From: Escherichia coli
GTDB taxonomy: Bacteria; Pseudomonadota; Gammaproteobacteria; Enterobacterales; Enterobacteriaceae
Length of the DNA stretch: 64,000 nt
Assembly: GCF_044324785.1 (NCBI RefSeq)
Contig: NZ_CP172127.1
Strand: one strand, 5' to 3'
The first letter of the stretch is position 1. Each line of letters starts with the position of its first letter. Below the pieces are notes generated by a model. That model made no database searches, was not told the origin of the DNA, and was given only the letters and a program-made list of their open reading frames with translations. Positions 45,137 through 58,230 of this stretch are shown in pieces. The translations under genes and the position numbers were made by a program.

Positions 45137-46606
45137 ATGGTTTCCGAAACTAAAACCACAGAAGCGCCGGGCTTACGCCGTGAATTAAAGGCGCGTCACC
45201 TGACGATGATTGCCATTGGCGGTTCCATCGGTACAGGTCTTTTTGTTGCCTCTGGCGCAACGATTTCTCAGGCAGGTCCGGGCGGGGCATTGCTCTCGTA
45301 TATGTTGATTGGCCTGATGGTTTACTTCCTGATGACCAGTCTCGGTGAACTGGCTGCATATATGCCGGTTTCCGGTTCGTTTGCCACTTATGGTCAGAAC
45401 TATGTTGAAGAAGGCTTTGGCTTCGCGCTGGGCTGGAACTACTGGTACAACTGGGCGGTGACTATCGCCGTTGACCTGGTTGCAGCTCAGCTGGTCATGA
45501 GCTGGTGGTTCCCGGATACACCGGGCTGGATCTGGAGTGCGCTGTTCCTCGGCGTTATCTTCCTGCTGAACTACATCTCAGTTCGTGGCTTTGGTGAAGC
45601 GGAATACTGGTTCTCACTGATCAAAGTCACGACAGTTATTGTCTTTATCATCGTTGGCGTGCTGATGATTATCGGTATCTTCAAAGGCGCGCAGCCTGCG
45701 GGCTGGAGCAACTGGACAATCGGCGAAGCGCCGTTTGCTGGTGGTTTTGCGGCGATGATCGGCGTAGCTATGATTGTCGGCTTCTCTTTCCAGGGAACCG
45801 AGCTGATCGGTATTGCTGCAGGCGAGTCCGAAGATCCGGCGAAAAACATTCCACGCGCGGTACGTCAGGTGTTCTGGCGAATCCTGTTGTTCTATGTGTT
45901 CGCGATCCTGATTATCAGCCTGATTATTCCGTACACCGATCCGAGCCTGCTGCGTAACGATGTTAAAGACATCAGCGTCAGTCCGTTCACCCTGGTGTTC
46001 CAGCACGCGGGTCTGCTCTCTGCGGCGGCGGTGATGAACGCAGTTATTCTGACGGCGGTGCTGTCAGCGGGTAACTCCGGGATGTATGCGTCTACTCGTA
46101 TGCTGTACACCCTGGCGTGTGACGGTAAAGCGCCGCGCATTTTTGCTAAACTGTCGCGTGGTGGCGTGCCGCGTAATGCGCTGTATGCGACGACGGTGAT
46201 TGCCGGTCTGTGCTTCCTGACCTCCATGTTTGGCAACCAGACGGTATATCTGTGGCTGCTGAACACCTCCGGGATGACGGGTTTTATCGCCTGGCTGGGG
46301 ATTGCCATTAGCCACTATCGCTTCCGTCGCGGTTACGTATTGCAGGGACACGACATTAACGATCTGCCGTACCGTTCAGGTTTCTTCCCATTGGGGCCGA
46401 TCTTCGCATTCATTCTGTGTCTGATTATCACTTTGGGCCAGAACTACGAAGCGTTCCTGAAAGATACCATTGACTGGGGCGGCGTAGCGGCAACGTATAT
46501 TGGTATCCCGCTGTTCCTGATTATTTGGTTCGGCTACAAGCTGATTAAAGGAACCCACTTCGTACGCTACAGCGAAATGAAGTTCCCGCAGAACGATAAG
46601 AAATAA
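45137..46606 (+). CDS. lysP: Lysine-specific permease LysP (APC family)
   Basis: 489 aa, 12-TM amino-acid permease. Confidence 0.95.
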   Translation: MVSETKTTEAPGLRRELKARHLTMIAIGGSIGTGLFVASGATISQAGPGGALLSYMLIGLMVYFLMTSLGELAAYMPVSGSFATYGQNYVEEGFGFALGWNYWYNWAVTIAVDLVAAQLVMSWWFPDTPGWIWSALFLGVIFLLNYISVRGFGEAEYWFSLIKVTTVIVFIIVGVLMIIGIFKGAQPAGWSNWTIGEAPFAGGFAAMIGVAMIVGFSFQGTELIGIAAGESEDPAKNIPRAVRQVFWRILLFYVFAILIISLIIPYTDPSLLRNDVKDISVSPFTLVFQHAGLLSAAAVMNAVILTAVLSAGNSGMYASTRMLYTLACDGKAPRIFAKLSRGGVPRNALYATTVIAGLCFLTSMFGNQTVYLWLLNTSGMTGFIAWLGIAISHYRFRRGYVLQGHDINDLPYRSGFFPLGPIFAFILCLIITLGQNYEAFLKDTIDWGGVAATYIGIPLFLIIWFGYKLIKGTHFVRYSEMKFPQNDKK

Positions 46607-46625
46607 GTTTCTCCCTTCCTTGCTA

Positions 46626-46651
46626 AGCCCTCTCAACCGAGAGGGCTTTTT
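46626..46651 (+). terminator. Rho-independent terminator downstream of lysP
   Basis: Stem agccctctc/gagagggct, 4-nt loop, then 5-T run. Confidence 0.75.
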
Positions 46652-46703
46652 CAATTCCATTTCCCTGACAAATCATGCGGATATAAAATTTAACATTTGG
46701 ATT

Positions 46704-46728
46704 GATAATTGTTATCGTTTGCATTATC
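46704..46728. promoter_or_regulatory. Fur box upstream of cirA
   Basis: gataattgttatcgtttgcattatc; palindromic GATAAT-type hexamers resembling the Fur consensus. Confidence 0.5.
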
Positions 46729-46897
46729 GTTACGCCGCAATCAAAAAAGGCTGACAAATCAGAGGCTGTTCCGGCTTTCTGGGATGATCACCTGCATACA
46801 AATAAGTCCACCGCGATGCTGCCGTACGCAAGGGGACATGAAGAAGATGTGAGCGATAACCCATTTTATTTTCGTAGTTACCTCATGGAGATATGGA

Positions 46898-48889
46898 ATG
46901 TTTAGGTTGAACCCTTTCGTACGGGTCGGGCTGTGTTTGTCCGCTATTTCTTGTGCATGGCCTGTGTTAGCGGTCGATGATGATGGCGAAACGATGGTTG
47001 TCACTGCATCTTCCGTTGAGCAAAACCTTAAAGATGCACCCGCTAGTATCAGCGTCATTACCCAGGAAGACCTGCAGCGAAAACCGGTACAGAATCTGAA
47101 GGATGTCCTCAAAGAAGTGCCTGGCGTACAACTGACGAACGAAGGGGATAACCGTAAGGGCGTTAGTATTCGTGGTCTGGACAGCAGCTACACCCTGATT
47201 CTCGTCGACGGTAAACGCGTTAACTCCCGCAATGCCGTCTTCCGCCACAATGATTTCGATCTGAACTGGATCCCGGTCGATTCCATCGAACGTATTGAAG
47301 TGGTCCGTGGCCCGATGTCGTCGCTGTACGGTTCCGATGCGCTCGGCGGTGTAGTGAATATCATCACCAAAAAAATCGGTCAGAAATGGTCGGGTACCGT
47401 TACTGTCGATACCACCATTCAGGAACATCGCGATCGCGGTGATACCTATAACGGTCAGTTCTTTACCAGCGGACCATTAATTGACGGTGTGCTGGGAATG
47501 AAAGCTTACGGCAGCCTGGCAAAACGTGAAAAGGATGACCCGCAAAACTCAACGACCACCGATACCGGAGAAACGCCGCGTATTGAAGGATTCTCCAGCC
47601 GCGACGGCAATGTGGAATTTGCCTGGACACCGAATCAAAATCACGATTTTACTGCCGGATACGGTTTCGACCGTCAGGATCGTGATTCCGACTCGCTGGA
47701 CAAAAACCGCCTGGAACGCCAGAACTACTCCGTCAGCCATAATGGGCGTTGGGATTACGGCACCAGCGAACTGAAATACTACGGTGAGAAAGTCGAGAAC
47801 AAAAACCCTGGCAACAGCAGCCCGATAACTTCCGAAAGCAATACGGTCGACGGAAAATACACGTTGCCGCTGACGGCGATTAATCAGTTTCTCACGGTTG
47901 GCGGTGAATGGCGTCACGACAAACTTAGCGATGCGGTGAACCTGACCGGGGGAACCAGCTCCAAAACGTCTGCCAGCCAGTACGCGCTGTTTGTGGAAGA
48001 TGAATGGCGGATCTTCGAGCCGCTGGCGCTGACGACCGGCGTACGTATGGACGATCATGAAACCTACGGTGAACACTGGAGTCCGCGTGCCTACCTGGTT
48101 TATAACGCCACCGACACCGTAACGGTGAAAGGGGGCTGGGCGACGGCATTTAAAGCACCTTCTCTGTTGCAACTTAGCCCTGACTGGACGAGCAATTCCT
48201 GCCGTGGCGCATGTAAGATTGTGGGTAGCCCGGATCTGAAACCAGAAACCAGCGAAAGTTGGGAGCTGGGGCTTTACTACATGGGTGAAGAAGGCTGGCT
48301 GGAAGGGGTTGAATCCAGCGTGACAGTTTTCCGTAACGATGTGAAAGATCGTATCAGCATCAGCCGTACGTCTGACGTCAACGCTGCACCGGGCTACCAA
48401 AACTTTGTCGGTTTTGAGACGGGCGCTAACGGACGGCGCATACCGGTATTTAGCTACTACAACGTTAACAAAGCACGTATTCAGGGCGTGGAAACCGAAC
48501 TGAAAATTCCGTTCAACGATGAATGGAAACTGTCGATCAACTACACCTACAACGATGGTCGTGATGTCAGCAACGGCGAAAATAAACCGCTATCCGATCT
48601 GCCGTTCCATACCGCTAACGGTACGCTGGACTGGAAACCGCTGGCGCTGGAAGACTGGTCATTCTATGTTTCCGGACACTATACCGGGCAGAAACGCGCC
48701 GACAGCGCGACGGCTAAAACACCGGGCGGTTATACCATCTGGAATACCGGCGCGGCCTGGCAGGTGACTAAAGACGTCAAACTGCGCGCAGGCGTGCTGA
48801 ACCTTGGCGACAAGGATCTCAGTCGTGACGACTACAGCTATAACGAAGACGGACGTCGTTACTTTATGGCAGTGGATTATCGCTTCTGA
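46898..48889 (+). CDS. cirA: TonB-dependent outer-membrane receptor CirA (catecholate siderophore / colicin I receptor)
   Basis: 663 aa; signal peptide, TonB box (ETMVVTA), plug and beta-barrel, C-terminal aromatic residue. Confidence 0.95.
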
Positions 48890-48920
48890 TGAGAAGATGC
48901 CCGGCGAACCGGGCGGACTT

Positions 48921-49790
<870 letters not shown>

Positions 49791-50014
49791 TCATCATACC
49801 GTTTATTCAATGTGCTGTGAGTAACTTTCACTTCCGTATTTGCATAACGATGTTTTAACATCTGCTGATGAAAGGCAGCGGCAATTACAATAATTATCGC
49901 TGTGAATACTGGATTATGTGCGCCGCCTCACGCACAATAATCAGGCTGTAAATCAGCTTAATAACTTTGCCCCCACGCAGGGCGGAGGCGTCACACCTGC
50001 AGGAGAAATCATAA

Positions 50015-50683
50015 ATGCCATCACTCAGTAAAGAAGCGGCCCTGGTTCATGAAGCGTTAGTTGCGCGAGGACTGGAAACACCGCTGCGCCCGCCCGTGCA
50101 TGAAATGGATAACGAAACGCGCAAAAGCCTTATTGCTGGTCATATGACCGAAATCATGCAGCTGCTGAATCTCGACCTGGCTGATGACAGTTTGATGGAA
50201 ACGCCGCATCGCATCGCTAAAATGTATGTCGATGAAATTTTCTCCGGTCTGGATTACGCCAACTTCCCGAAAATCACCCTCATTGAAAACAAAATGAAGG
50301 TCGATGAAATGGTCACCGTGCGCGATATCACCCTGACCAGCACCTGTGAACACCATTTTGTTACCATCGATGGCAAAGCGACGGTGGCTTATATCCCGAA
50401 AGATTCGGTGATCGGTCTGTCAAAAATTAACCGTATCGTGCAGTTCTTTGCCCAGCGTCCGCAGGTACAGGAACGTCTGACGCAGCAAATTCTCATTGCG
50501 CTACAAACGCTGCTGGGCACCAATAATGTGGCTGTCTCTATCGACGCGGTGCATTACTGCGTGAAGGCGCGTGGCATCCGCGATGCAACCAGTGCCACGA
50601 CAACGACCTCTCTTGGTGGGTTGTTCAAATCCAGTCAAAATACGCGCCATGAGTTTCTGCGCGCTGTGCGTCATCACAACTGA
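50015..50683 (+). CDS. folE: GTP cyclohydrolase I
   Basis: 222 aa; conserved CEHH zinc-binding segment. Confidence 0.95.
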
Positions 50684-50699
50684 TTAAAAGGCAGGAGCC

Positions 50700-51857
50700 A
50701 TGGAGCGCAACGTCACGCTCGATTTTGTTCGCGGCGTCGCCATTCTGGGGATCCTGCTATTAAACATCAGCGCCTTTGGGCTACCAAAGGCGGCTTATCT
50801 CAATCCCGCCTGGTACGGCGCTATTACGCCGCAGGATGCATGGACTTGGGCATTTCTCGATCTCATCGGCCAGGTGAAATTCCTCACGCTTTTTGCGCTG
50901 CTGTTTGGTGCGGGCCTGCAAATGTTGCTGCCCCGTGGCAGACGCTGGATCCAGTCGCGGTTAACGCTGTTAGTCTTGCTGGGCTTTATTCACGGTTTAT
51001 TATTCTGGGACGGCGATATTCTGCTGGCTTACGGGCTGGTGGGCTTAATCTGCTGGCGGCTGGTGCGCGATGCGCCATCGGTAAAAAGCCTGTTTAATAC
51101 CGGCGTCATGCTTTATCTGGTGGGGCTTGGCGTTTTGCTGTTATTGGGGTTGATTTCCGACAGCCAGACCAGCCGCGCCTGGACGCCGGATGCATCGGCT
51201 ATTTTGTATGAAAAATACTGGAAGCTTCACGGCGGCGTTGAAGCGATCGGTAATCGTGCCGATGGTGTTGGAAACAGTTTACTGGCACTGGGCGCACAGT
51301 ATGGCTGGCAACTGGCAGGGATGATGCTCATTGGTGCGGCGCTGATGCGCAGCGGCTGGCTGAAAGGGCAGTTCAGCTTACGTCACTATCGTCGTACTGG
51401 TTTTGTGCTGGTGGCGATTGGGGTGACCATTAACCTTCCTGCCATCGCCCTGCAATGGCGACTGGACTGGGCGTATCGTTGGTGCGCCTTCTTACTTCAG
51501 ATGCCGCGGGAACTGAGTGCGCCGTTTCAGGCGATTGGCTATGCGTCGCTGTTTTATGGCTTCTGGCCGCAATTGAGCCGCTTTAAGCTGGTGCTGGCAA
51601 TCGCCTGCGTCGGACGGATGGCACTGACCAACTATCTATTGCAAACGCTGATTTGTACCACGCTTTTTTACCACCTCGGTTTGTTTATGCTGTTTGACCG
51701 CCTGGAGCTGCTGGCGTTTGTTATTCCGGTATGGCTGGCGAATATCCTCTTCTCTGTTATCTGGCTGCGTTACTTCCGCCAGGGGCCGGTGGAATGGCTC
51801 TGGCGTCAGTTAACTTTGCGTGCTGCCGGACCGGCAATATCTAAAACATCAAGATAA
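50700..51857 (+). CDS. yeiB: Inner-membrane protein YeiB (DUF418)
   Basis: 385-aa polytopic membrane protein; 16-nt spacing after folE. Confidence 0.85.
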   Translation: MERNVTLDFVRGVAILGILLLNISAFGLPKAAYLNPAWYGAITPQDAWTWAFLDLIGQVKFLTLFALLFGAGLQMLLPRGRRWIQSRLTLLVLLGFIHGLLFWDGDILLAYGLVGLICWRLVRDAPSVKSLFNTGVMLYLVGLGVLLLLGLISDSQTSRAWTPDASAILYEKYWKLHGGVEAIGNRADGVGNSLLALGAQYGWQLAGMMLIGAALMRSGWLKGQFSLRHYRRTGFVLVAIGVTINLPAIALQWRLDWAYRWCAFLLQMPRELSAPFQAIGYASLFYGFWPQLSRFKLVLAIACVGRMALTNYLLQTLICTTLFYHLGLFMLFDRLELLAFVIPVWLANILFSVIWLRYFRQGPVEWLWRQLTLRAAGPAISKTSR

Positions 51858-51998
51858 CGATCTGGATCACATTCGTTAACAAAACGGCTGTAACCGTTTC
51901 CATTGCTGTGACTCGATTCACGAAGTCCTGTATTCAGTGCTGACAAAATAGCCGCCAGCAAGCAGTCATTTACTGCAATCTCATAACAGGTAGTGAAT

Positions 51999-53039
51999 AT
52001 GATCACCATTCGTGATGTAGCGCGTCAGGCTGGCGTCTCTGTGGCAACGGTTTCCCGGGTGCTCAATAACAGCACGCTGGTCAGTGCCGACACGCGTGAA
52101 GCAGTAATGAAAGCCGTGAGTGAGCTGGATTATCGGCCAAACGCCAATGCCCAGGCGCTGGCAACTCAGGTTAGCGATACCATTGGCGTGGTGGTGATGG
52201 ACGTTTCTGATGCGTTTTTTGGTGCGCTGGTAAAAGCGGTGGATTTGGTCGCCCAGCAGCATCAGAAATACGTGCTAATAGGCAATAGCTATCATGAAGC
52301 GGAAAAAGAGCGTCACGCCATTGAGGTGTTAATTCGCCAGCGTTGTAATGCGTTGATTGTTCACTCAAAAGCATTGAGTGATGATGAACTGGCACAATTT
52401 ATGGATAACATTCCCGGTATGGTGTTAATCAACCGCGTTGTACCGGGGTACGCCCATCGTTGCGTTTGCCTGGATAATCTCAGCGGTGCCCGAATGGCAA
52501 CGCGCATGTTGCTGAATAACGGTCATCAACGTATTGGTTATCTTTCTTCCAGTCACGGCATTGAAGATGACGCCATGCGTAAAGCAGGCTGGATGAGTGC
52601 GTTGAAAGAGCAGGATATTATTCCGCCGGAAAGCTGGATTGGCACTGGTACGCCGGACATGCCGGGCGGTGAGGCGGCGATGGTTGAACTGCTGGGGCGC
52701 AATCTTCAACTTACCGCTGTATTTGCTTATAACGACAATATGGCCGCTGGCGCACTGACAGCATTAAAAGATAATGGCATTGCGATTCCGTTACATCTCT
52801 CCATCATCGGTTTCGATGATATTCCCATCGCCCGTTACACCGACCCGCAATTAACGACCGTGCGTTATCCCATTGCTTCAATGGCGAAATTAGCCACCGA
52901 ACTGGCCTTGCAGGGGGCAGCTGGCAATATTGATCCTCGTGCCAGCCACTGTTTTATGCCGACGTTAGTGCGTCGCCATTCTGTCGCAACACGCCAGAAT
53001 GCGGCGGCGATCACTAACTCAACAAATCAGGTGATGTAA
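51999..53039 (+). CDS. galS: LacI/GalR-family repressor GalS (mgl/gal isorepressor)
   Basis: N-terminal HTH ([23 protein letters not shown]), periplasmic-binding-protein-like core. Confidence 0.9.
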   Translation: MITIRDVARQAGVSVATVSRVLNNSTLVSADTREAVMKAVSELDYRPNANAQALATQVSDTIGVVVMDVSDAFFGALVKAVDLVAQQHQKYVLIGNSYHEAEKERHAIEVLIRQRCNALIVHSKALSDDELAQFMDNIPGMVLINRVVPGYAHRCVCLDNLSGARMATRMLLNNGHQRIGYLSSSHGIEDDAMRKAGWMSALKEQDIIPPESWIGTGTPDMPGGEAAMVELLGRNLQLTAVFAYNDNMAAGALTALKDNGIAIPLHLSIIGFDDIPIARYTDPQLTTVRYPIASMAKLATELALQGAAGNIDPRASHCFMPTLVRRHSVATRQNAAAITNSTNQVM

Positions 53040-53051
53040 CCGCTTTCAATC

Positions 53052-53067
53052 TGTGAGTGATTTCACA
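53052..53067. promoter_or_regulatory. CRP binding site in the galS-mglB intergenic region
   Basis: tgtgagtgatttcaca, perfect TGTGA-N6-TCACA. Nearby candidate GalR/GalS-type operators (around 53034..53049 and 53129..53146) are weaker matches and not called separately. Confidence 0.6.
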
Positions 53068-53318
53068 GTATCTTAACAATGTGATAGCTATGATTGCACC
53101 GTTTTAACGTTGTAACCCGTATGTAACAGTGAATAATCACTTTCACCGAGGTAATAGCGTCATAACAACAATTAAAGCCGTTTTCTGGAGCGTTACCGGG
53201 CATGGAAGAACGAATTTTAAAAAGTGAGCTTCGGCGTTCAGTAACACTTCATTAACTCTACTGCCCCGCCGAGCATTTATCTCAAGCACTACCCTGCATA
53301 AGAAAAACCGGAGATACC

Positions 53319-54317
53319 ATGAATAAGAAGGTGTTAACCCTATCTGCTGTGATGGCCAGCATGTTATTCGGTGCCGCTGCACACGCTGCTGATACTCGCA
53401 TTGGTGTAACAATCTATAAGTACGACGATAACTTTATGTCTGTAGTGCGCAAGGCTATTGAGCAAGATGCGAAAGCCGCGCCAGATGTTCAGCTGCTGAT
53501 GAATGATTCTCAGAATGACCAGTCCAAGCAGAACGATCAGATCGACGTATTGCTGGCGAAAGGGGTGAAGGCACTGGCAATCAACCTGGTTGACCCGGCA
53601 GCTGCGGGTACGGTGATTGAGAAAGCGCGTGGGCAAAACGTGCCGGTGGTTTTCTTCAACAAAGAACCGTCTCGTAAGGCGCTGGATAGCTACGACAAAG
53701 CCTACTACGTTGGCACTGACTCCAAAGAGTCCGGCATTATTCAGGGCGATTTGATTGCTAAACACTGGGCGGCGAATCAGGGTTGGGATCTGAACAAAGA
53801 CGGTCAGATTCAATTCGTACTGCTGAAAGGTGAGCCGGGGCATCCGGATGCAGAAGCACGTACCACTTACGTGATTAAAGAATTGAACGACAAAGGCATT
53901 AAAACTGAACAGTTACAGTTAGATACCGCTATGTGGGATACCGCTCAGGCGAAAGATAAGATGGACGCCTGGCTGTCTGGCCCGAACGCCAACAAAATCG
54001 AAGTGGTTATCGCCAACAACGATGCGATGGCAATGGGCGCGGTAGAAGCACTGAAAGCACACAACAAGTCCAGCATTCCGGTGTTTGGCGTCGATGCGCT
54101 GCCAGAAGCGCTGGCGCTGGTGAAATCCGGTGCACTGGCGGGCACCGTACTGAACGATGCCAACAACCAGGCGAAAGCGACCTTTGATTTGGCGAAAAAC
54201 CTGGCCGATGGCAAAGGTGCGGCTGATGGCACCAACTGGAAAATCGACAACAAAGTGGTCCGCGTACCTTATGTTGGCGTAGATAAAGACAACCTGGCTG
54301 AATTCAGCAAGAAATAA
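53319..54317 (+). CDS. mglB: Periplasmic galactose/glucose-binding protein MglB
   Basis: 332 aa with signal peptide. Confidence 0.95.
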   Translation: MNKKVLTLSAVMASMLFGAAAHAADTRIGVTIYKYDDNFMSVVRKAIEQDAKAAPDVQLLMNDSQNDQSKQNDQIDVLLAKGVKALAINLVDPAAAGTVIEKARGQNVPVVFFNKEPSRKALDSYDKAYYVGTDSKESGIIQGDLIAKHWAANQGWDLNKDGQIQFVLLKGEPGHPDAEARTTYVIKELNDKGIKTEQLQLDTAMWDTAQAKDKMDAWLSGPNANKIEVVIANNDAMAMGAVEALKAHNKSSIPVFGVDALPEALALVKSGALAGTVLNDANNQAKATFDLAKNLADGKGAADGTNWKIDNKVVRVPYVGVDKDNLAEFSKK

Positions 54318-54325
54318 GACTGATT

Positions 54326-54350
54326 GGGCGCAGTCGTTTACTGCGCCCTT
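54326..54350 (+). terminator. Intercistronic hairpin between mglB and mglA (partial terminator or mRNA stabiliser)
   Basis: Stem gggcgcag/ctgcgccc with 8-nt loop, followed by ttatt. Confidence 0.5.
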
Positions 54351-54377
54351 ATTGTATGGCCAACAAGGTAAAATTAT

Positions 54378-55898
54378 ATGGTCAGCTCAACGACTCCGTC
54401 TTCCGGGGAATACTTGTTGGAAATGAGCGGTATCAACAAGTCTTTTCCTGGTGTTAAGGCACTTGATAACGTTAATTTAAAAGTCCGGCCACATTCTATC
54501 CATGCATTAATGGGGGAAAACGGCGCAGGAAAATCAACATTATTAAAATGCCTGTTTGGTATTTATCAAAAAGACTCCGGCACCATTTTATTCCAGGGTA
54601 AAGAGATCGATTTCCATTCTGCCAAAGAAGCGCTGGAAAATGGTATTTCGATGGTACACCAGGAGTTAAACCTGGTATTACAACGTTCGGTGATGGATAA
54701 CATGTGGCTGGGGCGATATCCCACCAAAGGCATGTTTGTCGATCAGGACAAAATGTACCGCGAAACCAAAGCGATTTTTGATGAACTGGATATTGATATC
54801 GATCCGCGTGCGCGCGTCGGCACATTATCCGTTTCGCAAATGCAGATGATCGAAATCGCCAAAGCGTTTTCCTATAACGCGAAAATTGTGATTATGGATG
54901 AACCGACTTCTTCGTTAACCGAAAAAGAGGTCAATCATCTGTTCACTATTATTCGTAAATTAAAAGAGCGCGGCTGCGGTATTGTTTATATCTCACATAA
55001 AATGGAAGAAATCTTCCAGTTATGTGATGAAGTTACCGTATTGCGCGACGGTCAGTGGATCGCCACTGAACCGCTGGCAGGACTGACGATGGACAAGATC
55101 ATCGCCATGATGGTTGGGCGTTCTCTTAACCAGCGTTTCCCTGACAAAGAAAACAAGCCGGGCGAAGTGATTCTTGAAGTGCGTAACCTGACGTCGCTGC
55201 GCCAGCCGTCGATTCGCGATGTCTCGTTTGATCTGCATAAAGGGGAGATCCTCGGTATTGCCGGTCTGGTGGGGGCGAAACGTACCGATATTGTTGAGAC
55301 GTTATTTGGTATTCGCGAGAAATCGGCTGGCACCATTACGTTGCACGGCAAAAAGATCAATAACCATAATGCCAACGAAGCCATAAACCACGGATTTGCA
55401 CTGGTAACTGAAGAGCGCCGCTCAACGGGAATTTATGCCTATCTGGATATCGGTTTTAACTCGTTAATTTCCAATATTCGCAACTACAAAAATAAAGTTG
55501 GTTTACTGGATAACTCGCGGATGAAAAGCGATACCCAGTGGGTGATTGATTCGATGCGGGTAAAAACACCGGGGCATCGGACGCAAATTGGTTCGCTCTC
55601 CGGTGGTAATCAGCAAAAGGTGATTATTGGTCGCTGGCTACTAACGCAACCAGAAATATTAATGCTCGATGAACCGACGCGCGGTATTGATGTCGGGGCG
55701 AAGTTTGAGATCTATCAGTTAATTGCCGAACTGGCGAAGAAAGGCAAGGGGATTATTATTATCTCCTCTGAAATGCCTGAGTTGTTAGGGATAACAGACC
55801 GTATTCTGGTCATGAGCAATGGTCTTGTTTCCGGAATTGTCGATACAAAAACAACAACGCAAAACGAAATTCTGCGTCTTGCGTCTTTGCACCTTTAA
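54378..55898 (+). CDS. mglA: Galactose/methyl-galactoside ABC transporter ATPase MglA
   Basis: 506 aa; two nucleotide-binding domains with Walker [10 protein letters not shown]. Confidence 0.95.
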   Translation: MVSSTTPSSGEYLLEMSGINKSFPGVKALDNVNLKVRPHSIHALMGENGAGKSTLLKCLFGIYQKDSGTILFQGKEIDFHSAKEALENGISMVHQELNLVLQRSVMDNMWLGRYPTKGMFVDQDKMYRETKAIFDELDIDIDPRARVGTLSVSQMQMIEIAKAFSYNAKIVIMDEPTSSLTEKEVNHLFTIIRKLKERGCGIVYISHKMEEIFQLCDEVTVLRDGQWIATEPLAGLTMDKIIAMMVGRSLNQRFPDKENKPGEVILEVRNLTSLRQPSIRDVSFDLHKGEILGIAGLVGAKRTDIVETLFGIREKSAGTITLHGKKINNHNANEAINHGFALVTEERRSTGIYAYLDIGFNSLISNIRNYKNKVGLLDNSRMKSDTQWVIDSMRVKTPGHRTQIGSLSGGNQQKVIIGRWLLTQPEILMLDEPTRGIDVGAKFEIYQLIAELAKKGKGIIIISSEMPELLGITDRILVMSNGLVSGIVDTKTTTQNEILRLASLHL

Positions 55899-55913
55899 GA
55901 TTAGGGGCTTCCC

Positions 55914-56924
55914 ATGAGTGCGTTAAATAAGAAAAGTTTTCTTACTTACCTGAAAGAGGGCGGTATTTACGTCGTTCTTTTAGTTTTGCTGGCAATTATT
56001 ATTTTCCAGGACCCAACATTTTTAAGTCTGTTGAACTTAAGTAATATTCTCACCCAGTCATCGGTGCGTATTATTATCGCGCTCGGTGTGGCAGGGTTAA
56101 TTGTCACCCAGGGGACCGACCTTTCTGCAGGTCGCCAGGTGGGGCTGGCGGCAGTGGTGGCAGCGACGTTATTGCAGTCCATGGATAACGCCAACAAAGT
56201 GTTCCCGGAAATGGCGACGATGCCGATTGCGCTGGTTATTCTGATTGTCTGTGCCATTGGTGCGGTGATCGGTTTGATCAACGGTCTGATTATCGCCTAT
56301 CTCAACGTGACGCCGTTCATTACCACGCTCGGCACGATGATCATCGTCTATGGCATCAACTCGCTCTATTACGACTTTGTCGGGGCGTCGCCAATTTCTG
56401 GTTTTGACAGTGGCTTCTCTACCTTTGCTCAGGGCTTTGTCGCGCTGGGGAGTTTCCGTCTCTCTTACATCACCTTCTACGCGTTGATTGCGGTGGCGTT
56501 CGTCTGGGTGTTGTGGAACAAAACCCGCTTCGGTAAGAACATTTTTGCCATTGGCGGTAACCCGGAAGCGGCAAAAGTATCTGGTGTCAACGTCGGCCTG
56601 AACCTGCTGATGATCTACGCGTTGTCTGGCGTGTTCTATGCCTTTGGTGGGATGTTAGAAGCCGGACGTATCGGCTCTGCCACCAACAACCTTGGCTTTA
56701 TGTATGAGCTGGATGCTATCGCGGCGTGTGTGGTGGGCGGTGTATCGTTCAGCGGTGGTGTAGGGACGGTGATTGGCGTGGTGACCGGGGTGATTATTTT
56801 TACCGTCATCAACTATGGCCTGACGTACATCGGCGTAAACCCATACTGGCAGTACATCATCAAAGGGGCGATTATTATCTTCGCCGTAGCGCTGGATTCA
56901 CTGAAATACGCGCGTAAGAAATGA
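55914..56924 (+). CDS. mglC: Galactose/methyl-galactoside ABC transporter permease MglC
   Basis: 336-aa polytopic membrane protein. Confidence 0.95.
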   Translation: MSALNKKSFLTYLKEGGIYVVLLVLLAIIIFQDPTFLSLLNLSNILTQSSVRIIIALGVAGLIVTQGTDLSAGRQVGLAAVVAATLLQSMDNANKVFPEMATMPIALVILIVCAIGAVIGLINGLIIAYLNVTPFITTLGTMIIVYGINSLYYDFVGASPISGFDSGFSTFAQGFVALGSFRLSYITFYALIAVAFVWVLWNKTRFGKNIFAIGGNPEAAKVSGVNVGLNLLMIYALSGVFYAFGGMLEAGRIGSATNNLGFMYELDAIAACVVGGVSFSGGVGTVIGVVTGVIIFTVINYGLTYIGVNPYWQYIIKGAIIIFAVALDSLKYARKK

Positions 56925-56938
56925 TGTGAATGTGGGTA

Positions 56939-56987
56939 TTGCCGGATGCGCTGCATCCGGCAATCGGTGCCAAATGCCGGATGCGTC
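56939..56987. repeat. REP-like palindromic cluster between mglC and preA
   Basis: ttgccggatgcgctgcatccggcaa (11-bp arms) followed by a further gccggatgcg half-unit. Confidence 0.6.
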
Positions 56988-56994
56988 TCTGATT

Positions 56995-58230
56995 TTACAA
57001 CGTTACCGGGTGTTCTTTCTCTCCCTTCTTAAACTTCACTTCTCCGAGATCAATACAACCCACCGGGCAGACGTGACCACAAAGCAGGCAACCAACACAT
57101 TTCTCGGTATTACAATGCGGTGTACGGGTTTTCTCGCTCCATTCCATCGCCTGGTGACCGCCGTCGTAACAGGAAATATAACAGCGTCCACAGCCAACAC
57201 ATTTATCAAGATTGATACGGGGATAGACAATGTAACTGCGGTCTAAATCTTCCGCCGGGACAATATTGTTATTCGCCAGACCCACCATCTCCTGCAACGA
57301 ATCAAATCCCTGATCGGCGAGATAATGCGACAACCCGCTCGCCATATCTTCTACGATGCGATAGCCGTACTGCATAATGCCGGTGGTGACCTGTAACGTT
57401 GCTGCGCCGAGCAATAAAAACTCCGCCGCATCTTCCCAGGTTTCAATACCGCCGATACCGCTGATCGGGAAATCGCGCAGCTCTGGATGGGTACGCATTT
57501 GCTGAATGAAGCGCAGGGCGATCGGTTTTACCGCTTTACCGGAATATCCGGAAATACTCGATTTACCGTTAACGATCGGCATACCGATTTTCTGATTAAG
57601 ATCGATATTGGTGATGGATTTAACGGTGTTAATCGCCGCAATGCCATCTGCGCCGCCGCGCTTCGCCGCCAGCGCCACTTCGCACATATCACCGATATTC
57701 GGCGTCATCTTCGCCAGCATTGGCAGCGTGGAACCCCGTTTCACTGCCCGACAATATTTTTCTACCAGCTCCGGGCTTTGCCCGACATCGCTCCCCATCG
57801 CATGAGAAGTCATTTGCGGACAGGAGAAGTTACACTCGATCATATCGGCGCCTGCTTTTTGCACCAGATGCGCCAGATCTTCCCATTGCTGCTCATTTTC
57901 GCCCATGATCGAAGCGATAAGCACTTTGTCCGGGTAATCTTCTTTCAACCGACGCAGGGCGGCCAGATTCTCCTCCAGCGGATGCTCGGCAATCTGCTCC
58001 ATATTTTTGAAGCCGATAAAACCGGTATCTTCTTTCACCAGATGATCAAAACGCGGAGAGACTTCGTTGGCGATAAAAAAGCCGATCGTTTTAAACACCA
58101 CACCGCCCCAACCAGTGTCGTAGGCTTTGGCACACATCTCATAGCAGTTGCCTACCGGCGAAGAAGAAAGGCAGAACGGGTTGGGAAACTTCACGCCGCA
58201 AAAGGTAATCGAAAGATCTTTCGTTAACAT
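56995..58230 (-). CDS. preA: NAD-dependent dihydropyrimidine dehydrogenase subunit PreA
   Basis: 411 aa; DHODH-like TIM barrel plus C-terminal 4Fe-4S ferredoxin cysteine clusters; 7-nt overlap with preT. Confidence 0.9.
   Translation of the reverse strand: MLTKDLSITFCGVKFPNPFCLSSSPVGNCYEMCAKAYDTGWGGVVFKTIGFFIANEVSPRFDHLVKEDTGFIGFKNMEQIAEHPLEENLAALRRLKEDYPDKVLIASIMGENEQQWEDLAHLVQKAGADMIECNFSCPQMTSHAMGSDVGQSPELVEKYCRAVKRGSTLPMLAKMTPNIGDMCEVALAAKRGGADGIAAINTVKSITNIDLNQKIGMPIVNGKSSISGYSGKAVKPIALRFIQQMRTHPELRDFPISGIGGIETWEDAAEFLLLGAATLQVTTGIMQYGYRIVEDMASGLSHYLADQGFDSLQEMVGLANNNIVPAEDLDRSYIVYPRINLDKCVGCGRCYISCYDGGHQAMEWSEKTRTPHCNTEKCVGCLLCGHVCPVGCIDLGEVKFKKGEKEHPVTL

Noticed and set aside
47549-48400. 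283-aa ORF antisense to cirA.
   Set aside because: Fully embedded in cirA on the opposite strand; Arg/Phe/Val-biased composition; no independent start context.
48899-48916. Short hairpin (cccgg-cgaa-ccggg) between convergent cirA and yeiG as a possible terminator.
   Set aside because: Short stem, no adjacent T-run, and the yeiG stop codon lies immediately beside it; too weak to call.
57487-58227. 246-aa ORF antisense to preA.
   Set aside because: Embedded in preA on the opposite strand; Arg/His-rich composition typical of antisense GC-rich frames.
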